Source: Candidatus Latescibacterota bacterium
GTDB taxonomy: Bacteria > Latescibacterota > UBA2968 > UBA8231
Direction of reading: 5' to 3'
Assembly: GCA_965248265.1 (NCBI GenBank)
Contig: CBDFJF010000002.1
Location: 3,232,001 to 3,296,000, forward strand
DNA length: 64,000 bases
This document shows positions 47,837-58,120 of the stretch, one piece after another. How positions within the stretch are numbered: the stretch's first letter is position 1; every line of letters begins with the position of its first letter. The position numbers and the translations under genes are program-made. Under the pieces are notes generated by a model that was given only the letters and a program-made list of their open reading frames with translations, did no database searches and was not told the DNA's origin.

Positions 47837-50364
47837 AACTGGAGACGGCAGACCGGGTAGCCCTTGGGGCCATGGCCATCGCTACGGCCGTGTTCTTCTG
47901 GGACGCGCTGTTGATGCGGGGCACGTTTTTCGTGCAGGACGTCATGGTGCAGAACTATCCCTTTCGAGATTTTTTCGCCAAGGCGTTGAAGGATTTTCAG
48001 TTTCCTCTGTGGCACCCGGGCATCAACGGCGGATTTCCGCTCTTCGCTGAAGGCCAGGCGGGCGCTCTGTACCCACTCAATCTGCTTCTTGGTTTGCTGT
48101 CGCCGACCCACGTCGGCCTGAATCTGAGTGTCATCCTCCATACCTGGATCGCGGCGGCGGGCACTTACTGCTTTCTGCGTGTCCTGCGATGCGTTCCGAG
48201 CGCGGCGATGACGGCGGCGGTGACCTACGCCTTCAGCGGTTTCCTCATCGTTCGTGCCATGTCACAGAACTACCAGGCCGTCGCGGCGTGGTTTCCAGTC
48301 CTGTTTCTCCTCGCAGAGCTTGCCCTGAGTAGACGCCGGCCGTGGGTCTGGTTGAGCGTGATGACGGCCGTAGTCGGGCTGCAGTTTCTCGCCGGCCATC
48401 CGCAGGCCACCGTGTACGGATTGGTTGCGGCCAGTCTGTATGGCGTGATCCGCGGTCTGACGACTGGCGCGAGGTGCTCCCGCATCGTCGCTTTCGTTGC
48501 GGTTCCCGCGATGGGCGCCGCTGTGGCGGCCGTTCAGTTGTTGCCTACATGGGAGTTGGTGCAGCTGTCGGGGCGTGGTGAAGGGCTCTCATGGGAGACC
48601 TTCGTGAGCATGTCGTTGCCGCCAGAGCGCCTGATCACTCTTTTTCTTCCCAATTTCTACGGCAATTCTTCGCTCGGTACCTACTGGGCCCAGGAGCAGG
48701 GGTTTTTCATTCAGCTGTGTCCCTACATAGGTATCATCCCGCTGTTTCTCGGTCTCAGTGCTGCCCGCAACCGAACAGATGTTCCGACCGTATTCTTCGT
48801 GGCCCTCTGCGTTCTGGCCTTGCTGCTGTCACTGGGGAAGTACACGACGCTGTACAATCTGATCTACCAGCTGCCTGGACTTAGCTCCTTCCGCATTCCC
48901 ACCCGCTTTCTCTTGTGGTGGGCGTTGGGAGGGGCCGTACTGGCGGGATTGGGTCTTGATCGATTACTGGGCGGCGGTGGCGGATCCACTTCCATTCCTC
49001 GCAGTTCCCGAGGTTGGACGGTCGGGTGGGGGATCATACTCATTGTCGGCCTCGGCTGCATGCTCTGGCTGAATCGCCATGCTTTTCCATCGGAAATCGG
49101 GCAATGGTTGACGCGCTCGTCGGAGGCAGATACCCCCCTCATCCGCTTCAGTCGCGAACTGGGCTGGGATCTGCTACGACTGCTGGCGATGACGGCGGCC
49201 GCGCTCGTCGTTTTTTCGTGGTTCCCCAGAGGCAAGCGGCGTTCATGGGCGTGGGGCGTTGTCGCACTCGTTTTCGTGGATCTCTATGGTTTTGGAGCAC
49301 GATTCAATCCTCTGATTCCGGATGAGGTCTACACCCGGGTTCCAGCTTCAGCTCAGATCATATTGGAGAGGACGCAAGCGGAGGCTGATTCGGTCCACCT
49401 GCCTCCGGCAGCAGGGTTTCGAATCGTCAGCATGATCTCCGAACGCTCCTCCCCATATGACTGGCATTCCGGCTGGGCCGTCGACAACACCTCCTATCTC
49501 CGATATCCCGAAACCCTGAGGATGTACTCGGGAACCCTGTACGGACTGGCCAATACCCTGCCCGGTTGGAGTCCCCTTCACCTGCGGAGTCAGTGGCAAT
49601 TCGTGCGTGGATATCCGCAGCTCCTTCCGATCGCCAATGCGCGATTTTTAATTTCTCATAAAAAGTTGCAGGACAATGAGTTAAGATCAATACATGATGG
49701 GGTTGTCAGGGTCTACGAGGATCCAACGGTGTTGCCAAGGGCATACGTCGTCGAAGCCGACACAGTTATCACCGAAGCGCTCCCAAGAATCCGCTTCATG
49801 CGTTCAGATGAGTTTGGGCCGGCGAGGCAAGTCGTACTCTCACAACGACCCTGGGAACGGCGCATTCGCCAAGCACGATCTGTGGACGGAAGAGGCGGTG
49901 GAGCCTATGCCGCGCGAATTACCCTTTACCAGCCGGAGGAAGTTCGCGTCGACCTCGGGCACCACGGTGCCGGGCTGTTGGTGCTCAGCGACACCCACTA
50001 TCCGGGATGGCGAGCCTGGGTAGACGGCCGCGAGGTGCCCATCGCCCAGGCCAACCATGTATTTCGCGCTGTGCAAGTGAAGGCGGGGGACCGTGAGGTG
50101 GTTTTTCGCTTCGAGTCGATGAGTTTTCGCGTTGGGGCTGGAATCAGCTTGCTGAGCGCGTTGCTGGTGCTGTTGGGAGCATGGAAGGCACGGAACAGGG
50201 TCGATGAGCGGGTGCGCCGAGAGGCGGAGATTGGGGCTCACATCCGTCACTGGGTGATTCAGCTGGGGTTGATCATCCTCTTACACGCGGTCACGCGACT
50301 GTGGCCGCAATGGATGCTGGCGGTTGAGCGCGCCAGCATGCCGATGGGTTGGGGAGGAGGATGA
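47833..50364 (+). CDS. YfhO-family polytopic membrane protein (GT-C-like)
   Basis: FPLWHP..GFPLFAEGQAGALYP, AGHPQ, QLLPT, FRIPTRF, LSDTHYPGWRAWVDG; GTG start overlaps the previous stop. Confidence 0.85.
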   Translation: MKLETADRVALGAMAIATAVFFWDALLMRGTFFVQDVMVQNYPFRDFFAKALKDFQFPLWHPGINGGFPLFAEGQAGALYPLNLLLGLLSPTHVGLNLSVILHTWIAAAGTYCFLRVLRCVPSAAMTAAVTYAFSGFLIVRAMSQNYQAVAAWFPVLFLLAELALSRRRPWVWLSVMTAVVGLQFLAGHPQATVYGLVAASLYGVIRGLTTGARCSRIVAFVAVPAMGAAVAAVQLLPTWELVQLSGRGEGLSWETFVSMSLPPERLITLFLPNFYGNSSLGTYWAQEQGFFIQLCPYIGIIPLFLGLSAARNRTDVPTVFFVALCVLALLLSLGKYTTLYNLIYQLPGLSSFRIPTRFLLWWALGGAVLAGLGLDRLLGGGGGSTSIPRSSRGWTVGWGIILIVGLGCMLWLNRHAFPSEIGQWLTRSSEADTPLIRFSRELGWDLLRLLAMTAAALVVFSWFPRGKRRSWAWGVVALVFVDLYGFGARFNPLIPDEVYTRVPASAQIILERTQAEADSVHLPPAAGFRIVSMISERSSPYDWHSGWAVDNTSYLRYPETLRMYSGTLYGLANTLPGWSPLHLRSQWQFVRGYPQLLPIANARFLISHKKLQDNELRSIHDGVVRVYEDPTVLPRAYVVEADTVITEALPRIRFMRSDEFGPARQVVLSQRPWERRIRQARSVDGRGGGAYAARITLYQPEEVRVDLGHHGAGLLVLSDTHYPGWRAWVDGREVPIAQANHVFRAVQVKAGDREVVFRFESMSFRVGAGISLLSALLVLLGAWKARNRVDERVRREAEIGAHIRHWVIQLGLIILLHAVTRLWPQWMLAVERASMPMGWGGG

Positions 50365-52298
50365 GGGCGGTCATGCTCGCAAAGGAAACAACAGTACTGA
50401 CATTCGTGTTGAGTGCACTCGTGTACGGTTTGACGCTGTGTCCGACCGTTTACGTCGAGGGCAGTGGTGAGTTGATCGGCGCTGTCAGCATGCTGGGCAC
50501 GCCACATCCGACGGGGTACCCGCTATTCTGTCTGCTCGGGCGGCTGGTCGTCGTGGCCCTGCCGATGGGGAACGCCGCGCTGGAGGTAAACGTCGCCTCC
50601 GCCTTGACCTGCGCCATGGCGGCGTCTGCCCTATCAGCGTTCCTCCACAGCCGGGGTGTGCACGCGTTGACGGCGATCGGTTCAGCCCTGGTATTCGCGT
50701 TCTCCGCCACGTTCTGGAGTCAAGCAGTAATCGCCGAAGTCTATGGCCTGAGCATGTTGGGCGCCGTACTTACCCTGGCCGTCTGGACGAAGGCGTTCGA
50801 TGACACCCGAAGCGAGCGCTGGCTCGTCTTCGCCGCCTTTTACACCGGTCTGGCAGCCTCAACGCACCTGAGCCAGCTCTTGTTGTTGCCAGGTATAGGT
50901 CTTCTCGGCCTGCGGCGGTGGTGGTTCTCCTCAACGGCCGCAGGCCGTTCCTCATCGACCGCGGGTTCCTCCATGGCAGGGCACTGGGCAACAGCTGGTA
51001 AGATGCTGGGTGCCGCCTGTACCGGTTACAGCATCGTCCTCTACCTGCCGTTGAGATCCGGACGCGGATCTGGCTTTCACTGGAGTACTCTCGATACGCC
51101 TGCCGCTCTGTGGGATCATCTGACAGCAGCATCGTACCGCTCGTCCTTCTTCGGCATGCCTCTGGAGGGTGCGTTGATAAACGCCTCCCGCTTCGCGCAG
51201 CAGATCGTGACGGAGTTTCCCCCCCTGCTATTGGCTCCGATGGTGTGGGGATTGTGGGTGGCTTTCAGGCGCGATCCCGCACTCACCTGGATGGTAGGTT
51301 GCGCGGCTGTCGCGAACCTGCTTACGGCCCTCAACTATCATCGCGACCCCAACGGGCTCGACGTGTTTTTTCTCCAGTCGATTTTGAGTGGGGTGGTCTT
51401 TCTGGGGTACGGAGTCGATGACCTGGCCAGCCGTATCAAGCGTGGTCTCCATGGGAGCCGGCAGGCCGCGGCTGGCCTTCTTGCGGCTCTTATGGTCCTC
51501 GGCGTCATCACCGCCAACCATCAAGAGGCCGATCGGAGCGACAGCCGGGTGGCCCATCGGTATGGCATGGACATCCTCCAGTCACTTCCGCCATCGGCGA
51601 CATTGATGAGTGAAGGGGACGATGCCAGCTTCATTCTCGATTACCTGAAGCGCGTAGAAGGTGTCCGTCCCGATGTCACACTCCACAACCGGAACGGGTT
51701 GGGCAGTGGACCAGCTTTGGCGTCGATTTATGAGCCGCGTGTGCGTGGGCTCTTGCACCGGGCAGCGGAACGGGATCTGGTTCTGGCCTCGGCGTCTGGG
51801 GGGCCTCCGCTGTTCAGCGTTTTCGCCAGAAGGATGCCGGTGGAGGATGGATTCGAGTTTGTCCCACACGGGTTGGTGTACCGGGTTGCAGCAAGTGACC
51901 GTGGGCTCGAACCGACATACCCCATCGATATGGCCAATGCCGCAACCGATCTCGAGATTGACGGCGATCCGTGGGTGCGCAAGATCCAAGCCAACTACTG
52001 GTACATGCTGGGAGAGCACGAAGCGCAAAGCGGCTGGTCTGAGACCGCAAAGGCGGCCTACGTGAGGGCAGGAGAGATCGCCCATTCCTCCCGGACAATG
52101 CAGTCTAACATTGCTCGTATTCTATTCTTGAACAACGAATTAGAAGAGGCACTTGATTATGTTATGAGGGCCATTGAGATCGATTCAATGTGGCCACGCT
52201 CCTATTCGCTCGCCGTTCGCATTCTGACGAAGTTGGGACGACTTGAGGAGGCCAGGGTGCTGAACAAAAGGGCAGCAAAAATGCGCCGGTTTTCTTGA
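50361..52298 (+). CDS. DUF2723 / TMEM260-like membrane glycosyltransferase with C-terminal TPRs
   Basis: TLCPTV..SGELI..PHPTGYPLF, FWSQAVIAEVY, YLPLR, GDD; TPR-like helices at C-terminus. Confidence 0.83.
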   Translation: MRAVMLAKETTVLTFVLSALVYGLTLCPTVYVEGSGELIGAVSMLGTPHPTGYPLFCLLGRLVVVALPMGNAALEVNVASALTCAMAASALSAFLHSRGVHALTAIGSALVFAFSATFWSQAVIAEVYGLSMLGAVLTLAVWTKAFDDTRSERWLVFAAFYTGLAASTHLSQLLLLPGIGLLGLRRWWFSSTAAGRSSSTAGSSMAGHWATAGKMLGAACTGYSIVLYLPLRSGRGSGFHWSTLDTPAALWDHLTAASYRSSFFGMPLEGALINASRFAQQIVTEFPPLLLAPMVWGLWVAFRRDPALTWMVGCAAVANLLTALNYHRDPNGLDVFFLQSILSGVVFLGYGVDDLASRIKRGLHGSRQAAAGLLAALMVLGVITANHQEADRSDSRVAHRYGMDILQSLPPSATLMSEGDDASFILDYLKRVEGVRPDVTLHNRNGLGSGPALASIYEPRVRGLLHRAAERDLVLASASGGPPLFSVFARRMPVEDGFEFVPHGLVYRVAASDRGLEPTYPIDMANAATDLEIDGDPWVRKIQANYWYMLGEHEAQSGWSETAKAAYVRAGEIAHSSRTMQSNIARILFLNNELEEALDYVMRAIEIDSMWPRSYSLAVRILTKLGRLEEARVLNKRAAKMRRFS

Positions 52299-52323
52299 CG
52301 CATCAGTGGTCCTGGCGTACGTT
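52295..52323 (+). promoter_or_regulatory. sigma70-type promoter of the PTS IIA gene
   Basis: TTGACG-17 nt-TACGTT. Confidence 0.4.
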
Positions 52324-52410
52324 GCATTTCCTCCCCTCCCATTGTTTTCATCCAGCTCCAATGATTAAAATAGCCGACTACAGTGCCTAAAGGACCGTAA
52401 GGTAGTTTTC

Positions 52411-52869
52411 ATGGGTAGATGGGCCCGCATTCTGAGGCAAGAACACGTGGTGGCCGGCTTACAGTCGAACCGCAAGTTCGATGCGTTGCGTGAGTTGACA
52501 GCGGTGTTGGAGGATGCGGAGGCTATCCAGGATCACAAGCAGTTCCTCGCAGATCTGATTCGACGAGAGAAGCAAAGCTCCACCGGAATCGGCAAGAATG
52601 TGGCCGTCCCCCACGTCCATGAAGATTCGATCCGCAAAGAGGTTCTTGCCGTCGGCATATCGAAAGAGGGAATCGAATTCGACTCCGTTGACGGAGAGCC
52701 CGTCCACATAATTGCGCTGTTGGCAACACCTCTCAAACATCAAAAGAAGCATATGGAGCTGCTGGCGTCGCTATCGCGCATGCTCCAGGACGAAGAGACT
52801 CGATCCGAGCTTATCGCTGCCGCCGATGCTGCCACAATCGTAGAGATCTTTCACCGGCAAGACGATTGA
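52411..52869 (+). CDS. PTS IIA component (PtsN/fructose-type)
   Basis: RREKQSSTGIGKNVAVPH, GIEFDSVDGEPVH, LASLSR. Confidence 0.9.
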   Translation: MGRWARILRQEHVVAGLQSNRKFDALRELTAVLEDAEAIQDHKQFLADLIRREKQSSTGIGKNVAVPHVHEDSIRKEVLAVGISKEGIEFDSVDGEPVHIIALLATPLKHQKKHMELLASLSRMLQDEETRSELIAAADAATIVEIFHRQDD

Positions 52870-52963
52870 GCCCCCTCGCGGAATATACCTAACATATTGT
52901 GCTGCAATAGGATGTTGCGACCGGCTGCTGCGGGTATGGCTGTTGGGCGGACCGAAGAAGAGC

Positions 52964-54307
52964 CTATATCAGGGAGCCGAACAGGGTGTGGGACGTGACC
53001 TCATTGACGAGGACACGTCGAAGGCTATTGGCTTGAGCCGGGCCGTCGAAGATGACGGTCTTGCCATGTTCGCTGCGACCGTACAGGCGTTCTCCGTCTT
53101 TCGGCGAGCGGCGGCGTTTTGACGGGCCCTCGACAAGTACCTCAACCGTCTTCCCGATGAGGGCCTGGTTCTTCTGCAGGCAGATCGACTCCTGCAGCCC
53201 GATTATCTTCTGCAGACGTTCCCCCTTCACTTGCTCTGGAACATCATCCTCCAATGACTTGTGGGCCGCCGTGCCCGGTCGTTCCGAGTACTTGAACATG
53301 AAGGCGGAGTCGTAGCGTGTCCGCTCCATCAGTTCGAAGGTGGCCTGGAAATCACCCTCCGATTCACCGCAGAATCCAACGATGATGTCCGTCGTCAACG
53401 CCAGATCTGGGACAGCAGCACGCAGATTGTGGACGAGTTCTTCATATTCCTCAATGGTATAGCCGCGCCGCATGCCATCCAACTGGGTGTTGGATGCTGA
53501 CTGAACCGGTAAATGCAGCGAGGGGCACACCTGCGGCACCTCGGTCATGGCCGCGATCGTGTCCTGCGTGAAGTCCTTCGGATAGGGTGATGTGAAGCGG
53601 ATCCGGTCGATGCCATCGATCGCTCCGACGGCCCGCAGCAGGGAAGCGAAATCCATAACTCCATCGTCATAGGAATTCACCGTCTGTCCAAGCAGGGTGA
53701 TCTCGCGAAAGCCCTGCTGGGCGATATCGTTTACTTGTCGCAGGATTTCCCGTGAATCCACGCTGCGCTCGCGGCCCCTGACGTAGGGGACGATGCAGAA
53801 CGTGCAGAACTTGTCGCATCCCCTGATGATGGTGAGCCAGGCATTGGTTCCCGTGGCCCGCGCCGGCGCCACGCCGACGTAGTTCTCAACGCGGTTCAAA
53901 CGCACATCCAGCAAGGTCTCGTCTGCGGTCTGTGCCAGCACCGCGGGAAGCCGGCGGTAGGAGTCTGGTCCCACGACCAGGTCGACGTATGGGGCGCGTT
54001 GCGGCAGCGTGCGCGACAGGTGCTGGGCCATGCAACCGAGGATACCCAGCGTCAGGTCGGGTGTTTGCGCTCTCAAGCCATTGAGCTGAGAAACCCGGCC
54101 GATCACGCGTTCCTCCGCGTTCTCACGAACCGCGCAGGTGTTGATCAAGATGACGCTTGCCTGCTCGGGGCGATCGACGATACGGTAGCCTGCGTCGGTA
54201 AGGATCGAGGATACCAGTTCGGTGTCAGCGACGTTCATCTGGCAGCCGTAGGTTTCGAGGTAGACGGCACGCTTCTCCGTCGCCGCCGTTTCCATTATCG
54301 CCGTCAT
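52964..54307 (-). CDS. miaB: tRNA-2-methylthio-N6-isopentenyladenosine synthase
   Basis: TYGCQMNVAD, NTCAVRENAE, GCDKFCTFC, GQTVNSY, C-terminal TRAM domain. Confidence 0.93.
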   Translation of the reverse strand: MTAIMETAATEKRAVYLETYGCQMNVADTELVSSILTDAGYRIVDRPEQASVILINTCAVRENAEERVIGRVSQLNGLRAQTPDLTLGILGCMAQHLSRTLPQRAPYVDLVVGPDSYRRLPAVLAQTADETLLDVRLNRVENYVGVAPARATGTNAWLTIIRGCDKFCTFCIVPYVRGRERSVDSREILRQVNDIAQQGFREITLLGQTVNSYDDGVMDFASLLRAVGAIDGIDRIRFTSPYPKDFTQDTIAAMTEVPQVCPSLHLPVQSASNTQLDGMRRGYTIEEYEELVHNLRAAVPDLALTTDIIVGFCGESEGDFQATFELMERTRYDSAFMFKYSERPGTAAHKSLEDDVPEQVKGERLQKIIGLQESICLQKNQALIGKTVEVLVEGPSKRRRSPKDGERLYGRSEHGKTVIFDGPAQANSLRRVLVNEVTSHTLFGSLI

Positions 54308-55677
54308 TGCTGACACCCCTCACTCACTTCACCAAATACGATATCCTCACGCACCTGTGTCACTTCCACCTCGACCAGGTCGTTGGGGCGCAGCCCAGGC
54401 GGAGGTGGAAAGCGGACCCGCATGTAGTTGTCGGTCAAGCCCGAGGCCAGGCCGGAGTCTGCCGGCCCCTCGACTTCTTCCGTGAGCACGGACACCCGGC
54501 AGCCGACGAAACGGCTGTGAAAGGTCAATCGCTTATACTGGCTCAACTCGATCAGGCGGGCGGCGCGAGCGCGTTTTTCGGCGCGGTCGGCGTGCTCGCC
54601 GAGTCTGAGCGCCGCGGTCTCATCCCGAGGTGAGTAGCTGAACACGTGGAGGTAGGTGAGAGGCAGCGCACTCGTGAAGGCGACCGTGTTTTTAAACAGC
54701 GTCTCGTCCTCACCCGGAAACCCGACCATGATGTCGGCTCCCAGGGCGCAGTCCGACACGGCCGCAGCCAGTCGTTGCAGGCGTTCAGCGTAGAAGGCCG
54801 AATCGTAACGGCGCCCCATGCGCTTTAGCACCTGATCATCGCCGCTTTGCATCGGCACGTGGAAGTGACGGCACAGGTTGGTGGCGGATGACGAAGCGAA
54901 TTCGATCAGTTCGTCCGATACGCAGGCAGGCTCCACGGAATTGAGCCGGACACGCTCCAATCCGCTGATTCGGTCCAGTCGTTCGAGCAGCGTGACCAGA
55001 GACAGACCATCACGGCGTTCCTGACCGTAGCTGCCGGAGTGGACTCCGGTGAGGGCCAACTCGCGATAGCCGCCGTCTACCATTTGATGCGCCTGCTGGA
55101 GAATTTCGTCCATCGGGCGACTGACACTGGGGCCTCGTACCGTTGGAATGATACAGTAGGTGCAGTGCTCGTCACAGCCGTCCTGAATCTGCAGCGTGCC
55201 TCGCGTGCGCTCGTTGTCAGCGGCACTCGTCATCGTCAGGAACCGTTCACGAACGGGGCGCACCAATGGGTCGAAATCCGGGATGGACTCTCCGGCGAGG
55301 TGCGTCTGAACATGATGAACCAGGTCGGTCTTCTGGCCGTTGCCGATGACGATTTCAGCACCGGCGTTTCGCAGTTCGTCGGGACGGCGCTGGGCGTAAC
55401 AGCCAGTGGCCACGACCGTGGCCTGCGGGTTCAGCCGTCGCGCCCGGCGCAACGCCTTGCGTGAATCGGCGTCACCGGAACCGGTCACCGTGCAGGTGTT
55501 GACGACGTAGACGTCGGCCGGGGTGCTGTGAGAGACGATATCAAAATCTTGCGTCGCAAATTCCGCCTTCAACGCCTCGACCTCGTACTGGTTTAGCTTG
55601 CAGCCCACATTCTGAACGGCCACGCGCAGTCGTGCCGCGGCGGGGAGGGAAGACGGCTTGTTGTCAGGCGCAATCAC
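54304..55677 (-). CDS. mtaB: tRNA t6A37 methylthiotransferase
   Basis: GCKLNQYE, NTCTVT, IQDGCDEHCTYC, LTGVH, HVFSYSPR. Confidence 0.9.
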   Translation of the reverse strand: MIAPDNKPSSLPAAARLRVAVQNVGCKLNQYEVEALKAEFATQDFDIVSHSTPADVYVVNTCTVTGSGDADSRKALRRARRLNPQATVVATGCYAQRRPDELRNAGAEIVIGNGQKTDLVHHVQTHLAGESIPDFDPLVRPVRERFLTMTSAADNERTRGTLQIQDGCDEHCTYCIIPTVRGPSVSRPMDEILQQAHQMVDGGYRELALTGVHSGSYGQERRDGLSLVTLLERLDRISGLERVRLNSVEPACVSDELIEFASSSATNLCRHFHVPMQSGDDQVLKRMGRRYDSAFYAERLQRLAAAVSDCALGADIMVGFPGEDETLFKNTVAFTSALPLTYLHVFSYSPRDETAALRLGEHADRAEKRARAARLIELSQYKRLTFHSRFVGCRVSVLTEEVEGPADSGLASGLTDNYMRVRFPPPPGLRPNDLVEVEVTQVREDIVFGEVSEGCQQ

Positions 55678-55825
55678 TAGTTGGCTGGTGGCGAATCCTG
55701 GTTGGAGTCGAACAGACAGTGTTCAGAGCTGTCGTACGGGTCAAGCAGTCTGTACAATTGGCTATGCAGTCAATACAATTGGAAAAAGTAGGTGTCGAGG
55801 ATGGAATCGGCAAAGAGCTTGTGGG

Positions 55826-58120
55826 TTACGCCGGCTCCAGACTGGCGTAGGCGACGACGACTTTCTTGATCTGTCCGCGCGAGAAGCGGATCGTCAGCTT
55901 GGTGTCCGTATCCACTCCCTCGCGAGCGACAATTTGTCCACGCCCCCAGCTGGGATGCAGCACCCAACGTCCGACGGCGAGGATATCGTCATCCAGCGAC
56001 ATGTCGTTCTCGAGATGTCCCTCCGCAGCGCCATCGTCGAATTCGTAGTGAACTCCGGTAGCTTTTGCCGTTGGTTCTACGGTAGGTGCGATCTGCGTCC
56101 ACGGATCCCTTTTGACGATCACTGGTTGAACGGGCTGTCGGCGCGGCCGCTGGAAGCGTTCTGGTTCGGCTTCCCGGTGGGTGAACTCTTCCGGAATTTC
56201 AGCGAGGAAGCGCGATGGCACCGATTCCTGCAGGGATCCGTACATGAACCGCCAGCGGGCATGCGTCAGAGCGAGAAAGCGGCGAGCGCGGGTGATGCCG
56301 ACGTAGAGGAGCCGGCGCTCTTCCGCGATAGTAGTCGGGTTGGTGTGGCTCTCTTCGATGGAACGCGCCGTCGGGAACAGGTTCTCCTCGAGCCCGCAGA
56401 TGACGACGAGCGGGTACTCGAGTCCCTTGGCCATGTGCAGGGTCATCAGCGTCAGGGACTCGCCCTGATCCGGCGCGTCATCGGCCGGTGTCATCAGCGC
56501 GACCTCTTCGAGGAACCCCTCGAGTGTTGTTTCCTCGGTCTGCTCCTCGAATTCGGCGATACGTCCGAGCAATTGATCGAGGTTCAGTTCACGGGTCTCG
56601 GCTTCCGGTGTGCGCTCCTGGGCCAGCACTTCGCGATATCCGGTTCGCTCCAGGACGAGTTCGGCCAGTGAGGTAAGTGCGCGAGGAGGCGAAACGCGGT
56701 CAAAGGCAGCCAGTTCGTCCATCAAGTCACGGAAGGTGGCAAGATTGGTGTGAGCTCGCGAGTTGAGTTCGGGGACCTGATCGAGGTGCTCCAATGCTGT
56801 CCGCAGCGTCAACCCTCTGTCATTTGCGAAGTCGCGCAGGCGGACGATGGTGGTGTTGCCGATGCCGCGCTTGGGCATATTGATGACGCGCAGCAGGCTC
56901 ACGTCGTCGGCCGGATTGGCCACGATGCGCAGGTAGGCGACCAGGTCCTTGATCTCCTTGCGTTCGTAAAAGCGGATGCCACCAACGATTACGTATGGCA
57001 ATCCCACACGCTGCAACTCTTCTTCGAGCGGTCGCGACTGCGCATTGGTCCGGTAGAGGATTACGGCCTCGCCGGTGGTCAGTCCCTCGCGGCCACACAC
57101 CGTCATCACGGTACCGACGGCGCGGCGCGCTTCGGCACGATCATCGGCGCATTCAGTCACCTGGATCAGCTCTCCTTCGTCGCCAGCAGTCCACAGGTTC
57201 TTGCCCTTGCGATCCCGGTTGTTTTCGATGACCGCGTTGGCGACAGAAAGAATGCGTGAGGTCGAACGATAGTTCTGCTCCAGACGCACGATCCGGGCGT
57301 CTGGATAATCGTTCTCGAAGTCCAGGATGTTGCGGATATCTGCGCCGCGAAATTGGTATATCGACTGATCGTCGTCGCCGACGCAGCAGATGTTGCGGTG
57401 TTTGGAGGCCATCAGCTTGGAGAACAGGTACTGGGGCTGATTGGTGTCCTGGTACTCGTCGATGAGTACCTGCTGAAAGCGTTCTCCATATCGCTCGAGC
57501 ACGCCAGGGCAGCGATTCAACTGACGCACCGGTTCGACGATCAGGTCATCGAAGTCAAAGGCGTTGCAGGCTCGCAGGGCTATTTGATAGGCGCCATACA
57601 TTTCGGCGATCTTGCGTTTGCGCGGGGAGTCGCCGGCCTGATTCATCGCCGACTGGGCGTCGATCATGGCAGTTTTCGATCGACTGATCTGATTGAGTAC
57701 GGCCTTCGGGTCCAGATCCTGGTCGTTCAGATCTCGCTCGGCGAACAGACGGCGCATGAGACTGCGGCGATCGTCCTCATCGTACACGGTGAAATTGCCA
57801 TCGATACCCAGTTCCTTGGACTCATAGCGCAGGAATCGCGCTCCGATAGAGTGGAAGGTACCGACCCACAGGTGTTGAGCCGCGGCGCCGACAAGCCGCT
57901 CGATTCGGCCCCGCATTTCACCGGCCGCCTTGTTGGTAAAGGTGACGGCCATGATATGCCAGGGCGCCACGCCGAGTTCATCGATCAAGTGGGCGACACG
58001 ATAGGTGAGAACCCGGGTCTTCCCAGATCCGGCGCCCGCCAGTACCAAGACCGGCCCGTCCACGTGGATGGCGGCCTCTCGCTGTGGTGGATTGAGGGCG
58101 TCGAGAAGGGCAGGGGTCAT
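55826..58120 (-). CDS. pcrA: ATP-dependent DNA helicase PcrA/UvrD
   Basis: AGAGSGKT, TFTNKAA, DEYQD, GDDDQSIY, QNYRS, HMAKGLEY, EERRLLYV; C-terminal Tudor-like domain. Confidence 0.95.
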   Translation of the reverse strand: MTPALLDALNPPQREAAIHVDGPVLVLAGAGSGKTRVLTYRVAHLIDELGVAPWHIMAVTFTNKAAGEMRGRIERLVGAAAQHLWVGTFHSIGARFLRYESKELGIDGNFTVYDEDDRRSLMRRLFAERDLNDQDLDPKAVLNQISRSKTAMIDAQSAMNQAGDSPRKRKIAEMYGAYQIALRACNAFDFDDLIVEPVRQLNRCPGVLERYGERFQQVLIDEYQDTNQPQYLFSKLMASKHRNICCVGDDDQSIYQFRGADIRNILDFENDYPDARIVRLEQNYRSTSRILSVANAVIENNRDRKGKNLWTAGDEGELIQVTECADDRAEARRAVGTVMTVCGREGLTTGEAVILYRTNAQSRPLEEELQRVGLPYVIVGGIRFYERKEIKDLVAYLRIVANPADDVSLLRVINMPKRGIGNTTIVRLRDFANDRGLTLRTALEHLDQVPELNSRAHTNLATFRDLMDELAAFDRVSPPRALTSLAELVLERTGYREVLAQERTPEAETRELNLDQLLGRIAEFEEQTEETTLEGFLEEVALMTPADDAPDQGESLTLMTLHMAKGLEYPLVVICGLEENLFPTARSIEESHTNPTTIAEERRLLYVGITRARRFLALTHARWRFMYGSLQESVPSRFLAEIPEEFTHREAEPERFQRPRRQPVQPVIVKRDPWTQIAPTVEPTAKATGVHYEFDDGAAEGHLENDMSLDDDILAVGRWVLHPSWGRGQIVAREGVDTDTKLTIRFSRGQIKKVVVAYASLEPA

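Noticed and set aside
52885-52920. Possible dif (XerCD) site between converging genes
   Set aside because: ATATGTTAGGT only partly resembles the XerD arm, and the spacing and XerC arm do not fit.
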